Origin: a virus | Taxonomy: Duplodnaviria; Caudoviricetes | IMG/VR virus record: IMGVR_UViG_3300037424_002527 | Span: 1 to 32,729 of that record | DNA length: 32,729 nucleotides | Reading direction: 5' to 3' (one strand) | Part shown: piece after piece, positions 8,686 to 18,673 of the stretch | Layout of the letters: each line of letters starts with the position of its first letter | How positions within the stretch are numbered: the first letter of the stretch is position 1 | Made by a program: the position numbers and the translations under genes | The notes under the pieces: generated by a model | What the model saw: only the letters and a program-made list of their open reading frames with translations | The model's database searches: none | Told to the model about the DNA's origin: nothing

Positions 8686-9714
8686 ATGTATGTACCCTCC
8701 TCATCACAAGGAACTTTTACTTCGGATGGTTCAGTTAAAACATTGAATATACCAGCCAATTTTGACTGGATCCGAGTAAAAAACCTCACCGCAGCCTCAC
8801 AGACCGCCGCTGATTTAAACTATGAGTTCTTCTGGCAAAAGGGCATGACAAACGGTTTGAAATGGACGATCTTAGGTACGGTAGCAAATGATCCAATAAC
8901 GGTAGCAGAAATAACAGCAAACGAAGGATTTCTTCTTGTTGATTCATCAACGTCTCCTTTGGGTGGCGCAGTTGTTATAACTTCATCAACAGATGCTACA
9001 GAGCCGGTATTTTCAACTGGTACCACAACAAATCTTTCAACGGGCACCATTGTTCGAATTTTAGATATGACTGATCAAGAAAATTTATCGGGATACGATT
9101 TCGCTATAGATAATGTCAATCCTACTCCGGGTGACTTTAAGATGGCAGCTCCGTTGGCTACTGCTCCGGGAGCCGCTGGAGGAGCTGGGGTCTATAGAAT
9201 CGTAAATTGGGATCCCCTTTTCTATCCGCGCTGGAGATATATTGCCAATATAACTCGAGCCTCTTCAGCGGTGATCACGCTAACGGTTCCCTCGGGTTAT
9301 TTCGTTGGCCAAAAGGTAACTGTCATCGTGCCAACAACTGAAGAAGCATCAGTAAGCGATTATGGCATGGTGGAAATCAATAACTTGGTAGGTATAGTTA
9401 CCGCGGTAGACGACACAGTTGGCACGCAAACTATCACCGTTGATATTGATTCTTCAGCATTTACCGCATTTACATTCCCTACTGCTGCTAAAGCTGCTAT
9501 AGCATTGCAAAAAGCTATAGTAGTTCCTGCGGGTTATGATGCAGCTACCGCTATTGCTGAATCGGTTTCAATCCAGTCTTTCCCCTATCGAAACACGGGA
9601 TTCTTTGGTGTGAGACTGTTAAATCCTAATACTACAGGTCTTATAGCTGGCCCTGCGGGCGCAGATGGAGATGAAATCTTTTGGCAATGTGGCAATGTAA
9701 CGGTAAACCAGTAA
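8686..9714 (+). CDS. Virion structural/decoration protein (beta-rich)
   Basis: Follows the capsid gene; Thr/Ala/Gly-rich beta strands; IANITRASSAVIT...GMVEINNL segment typical of phage FCCH-like domains. Confidence 0.7.
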   Translation: MYVPSSSQGTFTSDGSVKTLNIPANFDWIRVKNLTAASQTAADLNYEFFWQKGMTNGLKWTILGTVANDPITVAEITANEGFLLVDSSTSPLGGAVVITSSTDATEPVFSTGTTTNLSTGTIVRILDMTDQENLSGYDFAIDNVNPTPGDFKMAAPLATAPGAAGGAGVYRIVNWDPLFYPRWRYIANITRASSAVITLTVPSGYFVGQKVTVIVPTTEEASVSDYGMVEINNLVGIVTAVDDTVGTQTITVDIDSSAFTAFTFPTAAKAAIALQKAIVVPAGYDAATAIAESVSIQSFPYRNTGFFGVRLLNPNTTGLIAGPAGADGDEIFWQCGNVTVNQ

Positions 9715-9724
9715 AAAAAAGTGT

Positions 9725-9754
9725 AGGGCAATTCTTCTCAAAAGGGGTTGCCCT
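9725..9754. terminator. Hairpin after the capsid/decoration genes
   Basis: AGGGCAATTCTT / AAGGGGTTGCCCT stem with G-U pairs, preceded by an A run. Confidence 0.5.
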
Positions 9755-9774
9755 CCCTAACATGAAAGGATTAC

Positions 9775-10317
9775 ATGGAAAAAATGAAAACAAAACCAGT
9801 TAAGACATCTGTCTCCGATGTTCCTAAAGAACTTCTTGTTACCCCCGCTATCAAAAAAGTGGAACGTGAAATAAAACATGATGTCTTTGGCCATCCCTAT
9901 ATAGAAATAGAAGCAGTACGAGGAACTCGTTCTAATCGAAAACTTAAAACTATTCGTGTGCATCCATCACTTCTTGATGAAGAGAAGCGTAAAAAGGACA
10001 TGGAAGATGTGACGGGAAAATTTAAACTCTATGAAAAGAGAGGTGGCACCTTAGAGTTCTGGTGGGTTCCTCCATTTTTAGATGCACACCCCATTAAGAA
10101 AAAACTTGTTGACGGTGAAATCGTTACTATTCCTAAAGCGCTTGCTCGCCATCTACAGAAAAATGGTAGGGTTCCTATACATGAACATGCAACTGATGAA
10201 CAAGGCAAACCTATAGCGCGTATTGGAACATGGATAGATCGATTTGATTTCTTTGAGATATCATCATCTTCACCATATGAAAATAATGCAAGATTGGTAA
10301 CGGTCGAATCCCTTTAA
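9775..10317 (+). CDS. Hypothetical phage protein
   Basis: AAAGGA RBS; between head and tail genes. Confidence 0.75.
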   Translation: MEKMKTKPVKTSVSDVPKELLVTPAIKKVEREIKHDVFGHPYIEIEAVRGTRSNRKLKTIRVHPSLLDEEKRKKDMEDVTGKFKLYEKRGGTLEFWWVPPFLDAHPIKKKLVDGEIVTIPKALARHLQKNGRVPIHEHATDEQGKPIARIGTWIDRFDFFEISSSSPYENNARLVTVESL

Positions 10318-10370
10318 CCATTTCCAGGTACATGGTTGAAAGATGATTAGAAGACAAGAAGGATACGTGT

Positions 10371-11420
10371 ATGGCAGCAAACAATTTAGCGGCTATATAT
10401 ACAAAGATACGTCGCTTATTGCGTTCTCCATCTGAGGCTCAGATAACGAGTTCCCAGATTAAGGAGTACGTGAATACGGTTATTCTTTATATCATGCCCG
10501 AGTTGCTTGAACTTGTTTCGATGCGAAAAACATTTTCATTCTATACAACGCCGAATGTAGATCAATACTCTACGAATACTCTAAATACCAACGATCCGAT
10601 GTATAACTTTAAAAATTCGGTTATTACGACACGGACACCGGTATATATTGCGGGAATTCGTGCGCCATTTACCCAAGAGCGTTCGCAATTCTTTGCCCAA
10701 TGGCCACAAGCTCAATTCAAAACAACTATTGGTACGGGTGATGATATAGAAGATTCCTTCAGTGGCACTCTTTCGTTGATTCCCGTTTTGCCAAGATCGG
10801 TTCTTTTTTCAAGTATAGATATTGTGGGGACTGGTCAATCATTAGTTGATGTGCCATTAGTATCTGATGATTCAGGAGAAGAGGGCACAGAACTTACCAT
10901 AGGAAACCTCTATGATCCTAGAGGAGAAATACCAACAGCTCCTACCGTAGAGGATTTATCAAACGAAATAGATTATGTGACTGGAGAGTACACCGTTACC
11001 TTTACTTCTCCACCGAGGAGCGGTGAAAGCGTATATGTTCAGACGGTTCCCTATACGGCGTCTCGTCCACAATCAGTTCTCTTCTTTGATAATACATTTA
11101 CTGTACGACCTGTTCCTGATGATACATATGAAGTGAAAGTAGAAGCATATATACGACCTTCAGAACTTGATGAAACTACTGATGTACCGGAATTAGAACA
11201 ATGGTGGCTCTTTATTGCGTGTTATGCGGCAAAACTTATTGCGGAAGATCGTACTGATTTTGAATTAGCAGCTTCATTAAATCAATTAGTCGAAGAGAAT
11301 AAGAAACTGGTTAATAGACGGTCATTAAAAGAACTTGAAAAACAACCAATTCGTACGATGTATGATAGATTGCCCTTAATGGGGTATACTTCGCGCCCTT
11401 GGTCATCTAATATTTTTTAG
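10371..11420 (+). CDS. Head-tail adaptor / tail tubular protein A-like
   Basis: N-terminal helix (IYTKIRRLL...IKEYVN), RPVPDDTYEVKVEAY, C-terminal helices; position in the operon. Confidence 0.7.
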   Translation: MAANNLAAIYTKIRRLLRSPSEAQITSSQIKEYVNTVILYIMPELLELVSMRKTFSFYTTPNVDQYSTNTLNTNDPMYNFKNSVITTRTPVYIAGIRAPFTQERSQFFAQWPQAQFKTTIGTGDDIEDSFSGTLSLIPVLPRSVLFSSIDIVGTGQSLVDVPLVSDDSGEEGTELTIGNLYDPRGEIPTAPTVEDLSNEIDYVTGEYTVTFTSPPRSGESVYVQTVPYTASRPQSVLFFDNTFTVRPVPDDTYEVKVEAYIRPSELDETTDVPELEQWWLFIACYAAKLIAEDRTDFELAASLNQLVEENKKLVNRRSLKELEKQPIRTMYDRLPLMGYTSRPWSSNIF

Positions 11421-11431
11421 GAGTATGCAAG

Positions 11432-12016
11432 ATGGCATTTAACCCCTTAATTCCACAGCCTACAGACAAAAAATCAGTATCTCAAAATGATATTTTGACG
11501 AATTTTACTTCTCTGAATACTACATTCGATACTGACCATGTCACCTTTGATGCGGTAAGTGACAATGGCAAACACAAAAAAATTACGTTCCAACAACAAA
11601 GCGGCGATCCTACCACTCCTCCCTCTGCGACAGAGAAACAGTTGTATACAAAAGATGTTGGGGGCTTTCCTCACTTATTTATGCGAAATTCTGGCGCATT
11701 GTGGGATCTTTCTAATGTCGTGATAGGAGCCGATGCATCTTTAACGATGTATTTAATGGGAGAATATGACAATACTCATCCTCTTCTTTTAAGAAGTGGA
11801 AATACAGTCCTCAATGCCATTGGTTCGTTAGCTTCGACAACAATCACCTATGCAACTGCATTTCCTAATTTTACGGTACATCTTGTATTAACCCCGTTTA
11901 AGGATTCTGATGTTGATGTTCGTCTTGTTTTAAAATCAACTTCTAAAACAGGATTTGTTGTCTATAATCCAACCGCAATAACATGCGATCTTATGTATTT
12001 TGCCATAGGGAGATAG
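11432..12016 (+). CDS. Small tail structural/fibre protein
   Basis: N-terminal PQPTD...SQNDILTNF...DH...GKHKKITF and a C-terminal lectin-like beta domain ending YFAIG. Confidence 0.65.
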   Translation: MAFNPLIPQPTDKKSVSQNDILTNFTSLNTTFDTDHVTFDAVSDNGKHKKITFQQQSGDPTTPPSATEKQLYTKDVGGFPHLFMRNSGALWDLSNVVIGADASLTMYLMGEYDNTHPLLLRSGNTVLNAIGSLASTTITYATAFPNFTVHLVLTPFKDSDVDVRLVLKSTSKTGFVVYNPTAITCDLMYFAIGR

Positions 12017-12018
12017 AA

Positions 12019-14223
12019 ATGCCCCTACAACGATTTTATATTGGACCTCCCACGTCTGGTCTTCAGAGTAATGTAAAACCGTTTATGATTCCCAATGACG
12101 CGTATGCCCGTTTACAAAATGCCTATGTATTTAGAGAAAGAACAAAGAAACGTATAGGATCAAGATTATTACCGTATGGTACTACGTCAGATCAACTCCT
12201 TTCAAGGTTACGAATAAATATAGGAACTACGGATGGCAGTGGAAATGTTATTACCACCGTTCCCTTATCGACTGGTGTTCCGATTGTAACACCTGCTGTT
12301 GGTCAGTTATTTTCTATAGGATCAGATGTTTTTACGGTGAATCTGGTAACGCCTGCAGCAGCAGATCCGTTACTTAAAACAGGATCGGCTACGTTGGCTA
12401 CTTTTGATACACGAGTAGGGGGTGGTGGCACCCTAACTATTAACGGAGCGTCTGCAACAACCGATGTCTATTATTATCCTTCATTGCCCGTTATGGGGTT
12501 TCCAACCTATGAACTCGCAGAGGTAAATGATGAAAGGATTATTGCCTTTGATACTCGATTCGCGTATCAGCGTATCGGTACCGGTTGGGAGCGAATTTCT
12601 GCGGAGGCGGTTGCGGGTGATGCACAATGGTCAGGCTCAGATTCAAACTTTTTCTTTGCTTCAAATTACCGCGGTGCCAATTCATATAACTTTCTTATGT
12701 GGGTTACTAATAACACGACCGCAGACGGTATTCGTTACTATAATGGTACTCAATGGGCGAGTCTTGTTCCTGTTATTAGTGGCGCTAATACTCTCCAAAC
12801 CGCATTAATAATTCTTCCTTTTAAGGGTCGGCTCATAGCGCTTAATCCTGTTATCGGCGGACAACGCTATGTGAATCGCGCACAATTTTCTATTGATGGT
12901 GATTTAGTTACTGCGGCGACATCTTGGCTCCAAACAGCGGGAAAGGGCGGTTACATAGAGGCATCTACAAAAGAAGCCATTGTAGGAGCAGGATATCTTC
13001 ATGATCGTCTGATTGTGTTCTTTGAGCGATCTACCTGGGAGTTTTTATGGACTGGTAACTATAAATTACCTTTTGCGTGGCGAAAGATTAATACTGAGTT
13101 GGGATGTGAATCAACGTTTTCTCCCGTAGCATTCGATAAGGCTATTGTTGGAATAGGAAATGTTGGTATTCATGCATGTAATGGCGCTTCCGTTGAGAGA
13201 ATAGATGAAAAGATACCGGAAGAGATTTTCCGATTCCAAAATACATCATCTGGGCCCAATCGAGTGTATGGGGTACGGGATTTTAATCTTGAGATGGTGT
13301 ATTGGGCTTTTCCTGATGAGAATGCTATTGGTGAATATCCAAATAAAATGCTGGTTTATAATTACGCAAATGGATCATGGGCTCTGAATGATGATTCTAT
13401 TACCTGTTTTGGTCATTGGCAGAAAGAATCGGAGGATACCTGGGAAAATGATCATCAAATGTGGCAAGATGATGATACCCAATGGAACAAAGGAGCATTA
13501 CAAAAGACTGAACAATATGTTCTTGCGGGCAACCAAGAAGGGTTTACCTTCTATCTTGAAGACGGAATTGGAAGAAATTCTCCATCATTGCAAGTTACTG
13601 ATATGGCTGCTTCCACAAATATTATTACGGTTATTAATCATAATCTTGCATCGGGCGACTTTATTTTTCTTGAAAATATAGATGCATCAGATCCGAATAT
13701 AGGACTAAACGATAAAATCTATCAAATCACCTATAACACAAAAGATACGTTTATTCTTACCAACGCGACAATTGAAGCAGGATATTTGGGTGGAGCAACA
13801 TTAGCTCGTGTATCGCGTATGGATATATGGACAAAAGAATTTTCGTTTTATGTACAAGAAGGAAATTCTAATGCGATTCTTCATGGTGATTTTTTTGTAG
13901 AGAAGACAACGAATGGACAGATAACCATTAATCTTGTTCCCTCTGGTTCTCAAGTTTCTTTAATTGTAGGAGCAGATGGCACTCCGCAAGCACCGGTATT
14001 TGGTACCGGTATTTTGGAGACGAATGCCTACGCAGATGTTCCCCTAGAGGAATTTCAAGACAGATTTTGGCATACGGCATACTTTGGTGCATCAGGAGAG
14101 ACCGTTCAATTACGATTATCATTAAGCGATGAACAAATGCTTGATTCTGATATAGCTACAAGCGATTTTACCATGCATGCATTTATACTTAACGTTCAAA
14201 AGATACAGATGGTTGGCGGTTAA
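12019..14223 (+). CDS. Tail nozzle/hub protein (P22 gp10 / T7 gp12-like beta-propeller)
   Basis: About 734 aa, propeller-like repeats (RLIVFFERSTW, ELGCESTFS); ATG at 12019 with GGGAG RBS preferred over 11983. Confidence 0.75.
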   Translation: MPLQRFYIGPPTSGLQSNVKPFMIPNDAYARLQNAYVFRERTKKRIGSRLLPYGTTSDQLLSRLRINIGTTDGSGNVITTVPLSTGVPIVTPAVGQLFSIGSDVFTVNLVTPAAADPLLKTGSATLATFDTRVGGGGTLTINGASATTDVYYYPSLPVMGFPTYELAEVNDERIIAFDTRFAYQRIGTGWERISAEAVAGDAQWSGSDSNFFFASNYRGANSYNFLMWVTNNTTADGIRYYNGTQWASLVPVISGANTLQTALIILPFKGRLIALNPVIGGQRYVNRAQFSIDGDLVTAATSWLQTAGKGGYIEASTKEAIVGAGYLHDRLIVFFERSTWEFLWTGNYKLPFAWRKINTELGCESTFSPVAFDKAIVGIGNVGIHACNGASVERIDEKIPEEIFRFQNTSSGPNRVYGVRDFNLEMVYWAFPDENAIGEYPNKMLVYNYANGSWALNDDSITCFGHWQKESEDTWENDHQMWQDDDTQWNKGALQKTEQYVLAGNQEGFTFYLEDGIGRNSPSLQVTDMAASTNIITVINHNLASGDFIFLENIDASDPNIGLNDKIYQITYNTKDTFILTNATIEAGYLGGATLARVSRMDIWTKEFSFYVQEGNSNAILHGDFFVEKTTNGQITINLVPSGSQVSLIVGADGTPQAPVFGTGILETNAYADVPLEEFQDRFWHTAYFGASGETVQLRLSLSDEQMLDSDIATSDFTMHAFILNVQKIQMVGG

Positions 14224-14780
14224 TCTTGTAGCCACTCTATATATATTCTTGTCGTGGTAAATGCTGTTTTATCTGATTGGGTGATAATATTTATATTGGT
14301 GGCATCAACATAGACTTCAATTGCATCACCGGTGGTTGATACATAGGGTAAGGGTAACCATGTATTAGTAGATGGGTTTACTGATGCGCCATATATTCGT
14401 GTAGGGGTATATCCATTTCCTATGCCAATAATTCCATGGGGAACAGTCTTTGGAGCAGCATTAGGTAATGCGCCGCAATCAATTTCTACATGGAATGCCT
14501 GTCTAAAAAATAGTTGCGAAGTGTCGGGTGATGCTAATGCCAATACGGTGGGATTGGGATAATATCTATTACCGTTTACGAATGGTGTTTGTGCGTATAT
14601 ACCACTTTCCTTTTGATTTAATGCGACAGAAATTTCATCGATACGCTCTTGAAGGTCTACTAAAAATGTACGAAATTCTTCAGAGTTGACCTGAATAGAA
14701 GTAAGTTGTTGTTTATCAAAAACACCTGTTTCGCGAACTTCTAATCCTGGTTCTATTTCATCATTGAAGGATGATGCCAT
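14220..14780 (-). CDS. Probable virion structural protein (coiled-coil plus beta head, needle/plug-like), on the opposite strand
   Basis: 186 aa, AAAGGA RBS, coiled-coil then GALPNAAPKTVPHGI...TRIYG beta domain; no competing + strand ORF. Confidence 0.7.
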   Translation of the reverse strand: MASSFNDEIEPGLEVRETGVFDKQQLTSIQVNSEEFRTFLVDLQERIDEISVALNQKESGIYAQTPFVNGNRYYPNPTVLALASPDTSQLFFRQAFHVEIDCGALPNAAPKTVPHGIIGIGNGYTPTRIYGASVNPSTNTWLPLPYVSTTGDAIEVYVDATNINIITQSDKTAFTTTRIYIEWLQD

Positions 14781-14846
14781 AAAATCCTTTCAATTTTATT
14801 TCTGGCTAGGTACTATTTGCCATAGCAGTATAACGCGGAGATATGT

Positions 14847-15488
14847 ATGGCACGAATTTCTGAATTTTTTTCTGGGTTGTCTCCCACTATGAAAATGGGA
14901 TTGGGAGAAGGTTCGGGCGCGGCTGGTGGTTATGGTCTTTCTCAGCTTTTATCTTCTCTTTCTGGTACCACACAACCAGCTTCTTATCAGCAAGGATTAC
15001 CAACTTCTGAAATAGCAGGCCAACAAAGCGGCATCTTTTCAGGAGCGCCATCGCAATTTCTTAGATCGCAAAAATTTACACCAGAACAACAACAGCTTTT
15101 TGGCCAAGCTTCTCAGATGGGCCTGCAAGGATTACAGAATCCATTCCAGGGGTTTGATCCCATAAGAAATCAGACCATGCGCGACTGGGAAAAGAATATT
15201 TTGCCTGCCCTCACCTCACAATTTGCGGGAATGGACGCACAACGCTCTTCGGGATTTAATGAGGCACTCGGTCAATCTGGTGCCGATCTAGCCTCACAAC
15301 TTGCGTCATTACAATCACAGTATGGATTGCAACAACAGGGTCTTTCTCAGAATCTATTTGGACTTGGGTTAACGCCACAATTTGAACAGTCATTTCAAAA
15401 AAGACAGCCATCACTTATTGAGGCGCTCTTGAGCATGTTGCTCCAGGGCGGTGGTCAAGCGGCGGGAAAATTCCTAGGAGGAGCATAA
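14847..15488 (+). CDS. Ejection/DNA-pilot protein (putative)
   Basis: G/Q/S/L-rich, no Cys; position equivalent to the P22 gp7/gp20/gp16 block. Confidence 0.65.
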   Translation: MARISEFFSGLSPTMKMGLGEGSGAAGGYGLSQLLSSLSGTTQPASYQQGLPTSEIAGQQSGIFSGAPSQFLRSQKFTPEQQQLFGQASQMGLQGLQNPFQGFDPIRNQTMRDWEKNILPALTSQFAGMDAQRSSGFNEALGQSGADLASQLASLQSQYGLQQQGLSQNLFGLGLTPQFEQSFQKRQPSLIEALLSMLLQGGGQAAGKFLGGA

Positions 15489-15492
15489 CTAT

Positions 15493-16656
15493 ATGGCTAT
15501 AACCATTCTTCCTGAAGAAAAAGGGTTAGCGGGAACTCTTGGTGAATCACTAGGAGGGGGACTCAGTCAAATCCTGCTTGGTCTTGCAGAAAACAAAGCA
15601 AAAAAGATGAGACAAGAACAAACTACTCAGGGACTTGCCTCGCTTTTTGGTTCTGAGCTTGCTCAAAAATTAGCACCATTGGATCCGCTCTTACTCAGGG
15701 AGTTAGTAAAGGGAAAGATGAAGGAGCAATCCAATCAAGCATTCTTTAATGCAGCAACACAAGGTGGCTTTCTAGGGCCGGGCCTATCACAACAATTCGG
15801 AGAGCAACCGCAAGACGGCCTGTCCGCCGGAGCTTTAGCGCAGGAGGGAGGCTTAGGACAACCGGGAGAGCAACAACCTCAACAGCAGATGATGCAACCA
15901 GGTATGAGCAAGGAAGATTTTTTTAGATTGAAGCAACAATCGCTTGCAGAAGAAGGATTAGGACTTAAAAAACGACAAGTTGAGGCCGCAGAACAAAAAA
16001 CTGTTCGTCCTGAAGTTATTAAAATTACTGAAGCGGCACGTACAGCAGATCGAGATCTAGATACACTTTCTGATCTTGATAAAGTTTTAAAAAGTGGCGA
16101 CTTGCGGTCTCCCCAAACACAATCCTTCTTAGAAAAACTTGATCTTGAAGGGTTTTTCCCTGATACAAAAGTCGGTTTGGTAAAAAAGATAATTTCACAG
16201 CTGGGCATGAGACAACTTTCTGGACTTCCAAGTGGCGGAAGACCAACGGCGGCTCTTTGGGATAAGATTGAAACAGGGCTTCCTTCGCTTCTACTGACGA
16301 AAGAAGGAAATTTATTAATCTCCGAGTCTTTAAAACTTGGAGCGAAAGAACGAAAGCTATTATCTAAGGAGGTTCGATCGTTACGAAATAAAAATAATGG
16401 CTTATATCCTCCCGATGTTATTGAACAGGCTTCTGAAAACATACAGCCAAAGATTCAGAAATTGATTGCGAAGAAAAATGAACAAATTGATTCAATACTT
16501 GGATTAGGAAAAAAAGAATTTAATGTAGGTTCTGTTTTAGATCAATTACCACCAGCATCTTCAATACCTAAAGAAAAGAGAGACGCCTTAGGAGTACAGT
16601 CCCCTGATGGTTCTATATATAAATCAGATGGGACCAACTGGAAAAAGGTGAGATAA
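15493..16656 (+). CDS. Ejection protein (putative)
   Basis: G/Q-rich N-terminus, helical body, C-terminal YKSDGTNWKKV. Confidence 0.65.
   Translation: MAITILPEEKGLAGTLGESLGGGLSQILLGLAENKAKKMRQEQTTQGLASLFGSELAQKLAPLDPLLLRELVKGKMKEQSNQAFFNAATQGGFLGPGLSQQFGEQPQDGLSAGALAQEGGLGQPGEQQPQQQMMQPGMSKEDFFRLKQQSLAEEGLGLKKRQVEAAEQKTVRPEVIKITEAARTADRDLDTLSDLDKVLKSGDLRSPQTQSFLEKLDLEGFFPDTKVGLVKKIISQLGMRQLSGLPSGGRPTAALWDKIETGLPSLLLTKEGNLLISESLKLGAKERKLLSKEVRSLRNKNNGLYPPDVIEQASENIQPKIQKLIAKKNEQIDSILGLGKKEFNVGSVLDQLPPASSIPKEKRDALGVQSPDGSIYKSDGTNWKKVR
15818..15848 (+). repeat. REP-like palindrome, in frame in CDS
   Basis: GCCTGTCCGCCGGAGCTTTAGCGCAGGAGGG, near-identical to 30039-30066 and to the reverse complement of 31119-31151. 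Confidence 0.75.
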
Positions 16657-17969
16657 TGGCCTTCAAAGTCATCGAATTATCTTCTCCGTCTGTTAATCAA
16701 CAACAGAACGATCTGCCAACGTTTCGTGCCGAACCTGAAGAGACATACGCACAGCAGATAACAAGAACGATACCAGCATTAGCAGCTCGTGCCGGTGAAT
16801 CCCTTGTCGGATTGCCGCGCTCTATGGGAGAATTTGCTCAATCTATCGGTAATTTTGCCTTTAGAGGAACGGCTCCGGATGCACCCGACTACCCACTTGG
16901 GCAATCTATTCCTTTTTTGCCAACAGCACAGACAGCGCGTGAATATGTTACTGAACCAATTTCGCAGTTAATTACTGGCAAAAAAGGAGCTCTAGAACCA
17001 CAATCTGGGAAAGAACAGTTTGTTCAAACAGTGGCAAGCGAAGCAGCACCCTTTTTTTTAAGCGGAGGAAGAACGGCTTTTTCAGCAATAGCCCGCGGAT
17101 TGGGAATATCGGCAGCAGGAAATCTTATCGAGCTTGCCTCGAAGACAATAGGACTTCCCGAAATTCTTGGTAAGGGCCTAAAAGCAGGTTCAATGATTGG
17201 TCTAAGCTTTTTGGGTAAACCAAATGCGAAGGCATTTGCAGGAGAGATATATAAAACGAATACCGAAGCAATACCAGAAGAATCTATCACTGAAGCCAGA
17301 TCAATAATGGGAGAAATAAGAAAAATACGCGACTATACAAAAACAGGCGATACGAACACACCCTCTAAGGATTTTTTGCGTAATTTTGTTGATAAGTTAG
17401 AGAATAAAATCACGAATGGTTCAATTAGGATGAGGGAATTGCCGCAATTTCAAAAAGATTATAATGAATGGTTTTCTGAAGGAAAGGTGCCTAAAAATGC
17501 AACCCCTTTTATTCAAAAATTATTTGATTCGTTCGACAAGGCCGCTTTAGAAGCTCCGGACGCAGCAAGAATTCCCTACCAAAATTTAGAAACAGGGCGG
17601 GATATCTATAGGGCAATTCATGCTTCCAATAAGATAGAAGAATTTATTGAAAATTCCCCTAAATTATCGTCTATTATTAAAAAGGGTGGCCCCCTAGCAT
17701 CTATGATAGGTCTTGTGTCAAATCCTGCAAAGGGAGGCGCCCTTGGTGGTCTCGGATTATTGGGGTATGGCACATATGACTTTATTGATAAAGCAGCACG
17801 TTTTCCTGGCATGCAGCATTATTATGGAAAACTCATCACCTCCTTATTAAAAGAAGATGCAACTGCCGCGATAAATGCTGCGTCGAAGATGGCAAAATAT
17901 TTTGAATCTCCCTCAAAAGAAAGGGGTGAAGAGAAATCCTCTTTTAAAGTTGTTTCTCTTGCTTCTTAG
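16656..17969 (+). CDS. Ejection protein (putative)
   Basis: Gly/Ala-rich amphipathic helices; TAATG coupling to the previous gene. Confidence 0.65.
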   Translation: MAFKVIELSSPSVNQQQNDLPTFRAEPEETYAQQITRTIPALAARAGESLVGLPRSMGEFAQSIGNFAFRGTAPDAPDYPLGQSIPFLPTAQTAREYVTEPISQLITGKKGALEPQSGKEQFVQTVASEAAPFFLSGGRTAFSAIARGLGISAAGNLIELASKTIGLPEILGKGLKAGSMIGLSFLGKPNAKAFAGEIYKTNTEAIPEESITEARSIMGEIRKIRDYTKTGDTNTPSKDFLRNFVDKLENKITNGSIRMRELPQFQKDYNEWFSEGKVPKNATPFIQKLFDSFDKAALEAPDAARIPYQNLETGRDIYRAIHASNKIEEFIENSPKLSSIIKKGGPLASMIGLVSNPAKGGALGGLGLLGYGTYDFIDKAARFPGMQHYYGKLITSLLKEDATAAINAASKMAKYFESPSKERGEEKSSFKVVSLAS

Positions 17970-18064
17970 AATGGAAGGTTATCTTTTGAATATTTACCTT
18001 CTGAGCCAAATGCGGCTGCCATTAAAAAGAAAACTATAAAAAATCCTAAACTATTAATGAACAT
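17966..18064 (-). CDS. 32-aa membrane peptide MFINSLGFFIVFFLMAAAFGSEGKYSKDNLPF (below ORF-track cutoff)
   Basis: AGGGGG RBS, one hydrophobic helix, TTGACA on the minus strand at 18153-18148. Confidence 0.55.
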   Translation of the reverse strand: MFINSLGFFIVFFLMAAAFGSEGKYSKDNLPF

Positions 18065-18218
18065 ATGTATCCCCCTATATCTTTAAAAACCCTTTATCTA
18101 AGCCAAAAAGTGCTTATATTCTCTATTCTTACCTATCGACAGGTCTCTGTCAAGTGGTTGCGGGACTAAAGAAAGAGTTTATGGTATATATACACCATTA
18201 ACCATAAGGAAACTGCGT

Positions 18219-18329
18219 ATGTTGGATTTTATCTATCTAAAACACACAATCTTAATGGGTTTAGCACTAATAGGGGTATTGGCTAAAGTGCTCTTTGATC
18301 ATTACAACAAAAAACATCAATCTAAATAA
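18219..18329 (+). CDS. 36-aa membrane peptide MLDFIYLKHTILMGLALIGVLAKVLFDHYNKKHQSK
   Basis: AAGGA RBS at 18206-18210, one TM helix with a basic tail. Confidence 0.6.
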   Translation: MLDFIYLKHTILMGLALIGVLAKVLFDHYNKKHQSK

Positions 18330-18340
18330 TAAGGAACTGT

Positions 18341-18673
18341 GTAACCAACTCTCGACTGAAGTCAAAAGCTTTTTCACACCCAACCATAAAGGCGGTGATT
18401 TATGTTAGCACAAGGCTACACATTCGGACGGGTTACATCGGGACAATATTTCACCCTCACGCCCGTTATAGCATCGGCAGACACTATAATCCGTCAGTTA
18501 TGCCGTACGGATACGCAAAATCTTACAACGTCACAGCCCGAAACCGTTTACCCAGCGGGTGTCTTTGGCTCAGTTGATAGATTTAAGAAAGTTATCAGAT
18601 TATGCCACATTGTAAAGGCTTTCCTCCCCCCTCGACTGAAGCCGGGGGTTTCCGAAAGCTTCGAAAGATAAGT
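18341..18673 (-). mobile_element. Non-autonomous IS200/IS605-family element (PATE-like) with omegaRNA/HEARO-like interior
   Basis: Two subterminal hairpins sharing CTCGACTGAAG (18351-18361, 18631-18641). Bottom strand: target TCAT, guide GAAA then hairpin at the left end; guide AAAG, hairpin, TTAC at the right end, both matching IS608 guide/cleavage rules. No tnpA/tnpB/iscB inside. Confidence 0.8.

Noticed and set aside
14200-14850. Recombinase-driven invertible segment around the inverted gene
   Set aside because: No flanking inverted repeats seen and no invertase in the window.
18395-18671. ORFs 18395-18577 and 18402-18671 as proteins
   Set aside because: They lie inside the mini-element; FLPPRLKPGVS is just the translation of the IS605-type end hairpin; no IscB or TnpA motifs.
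18341-18673. Self-splicing group I intron (IStron)
   Set aside because: The predicted element does not end in G on the sense strand and I could not find a convincing P7 core.
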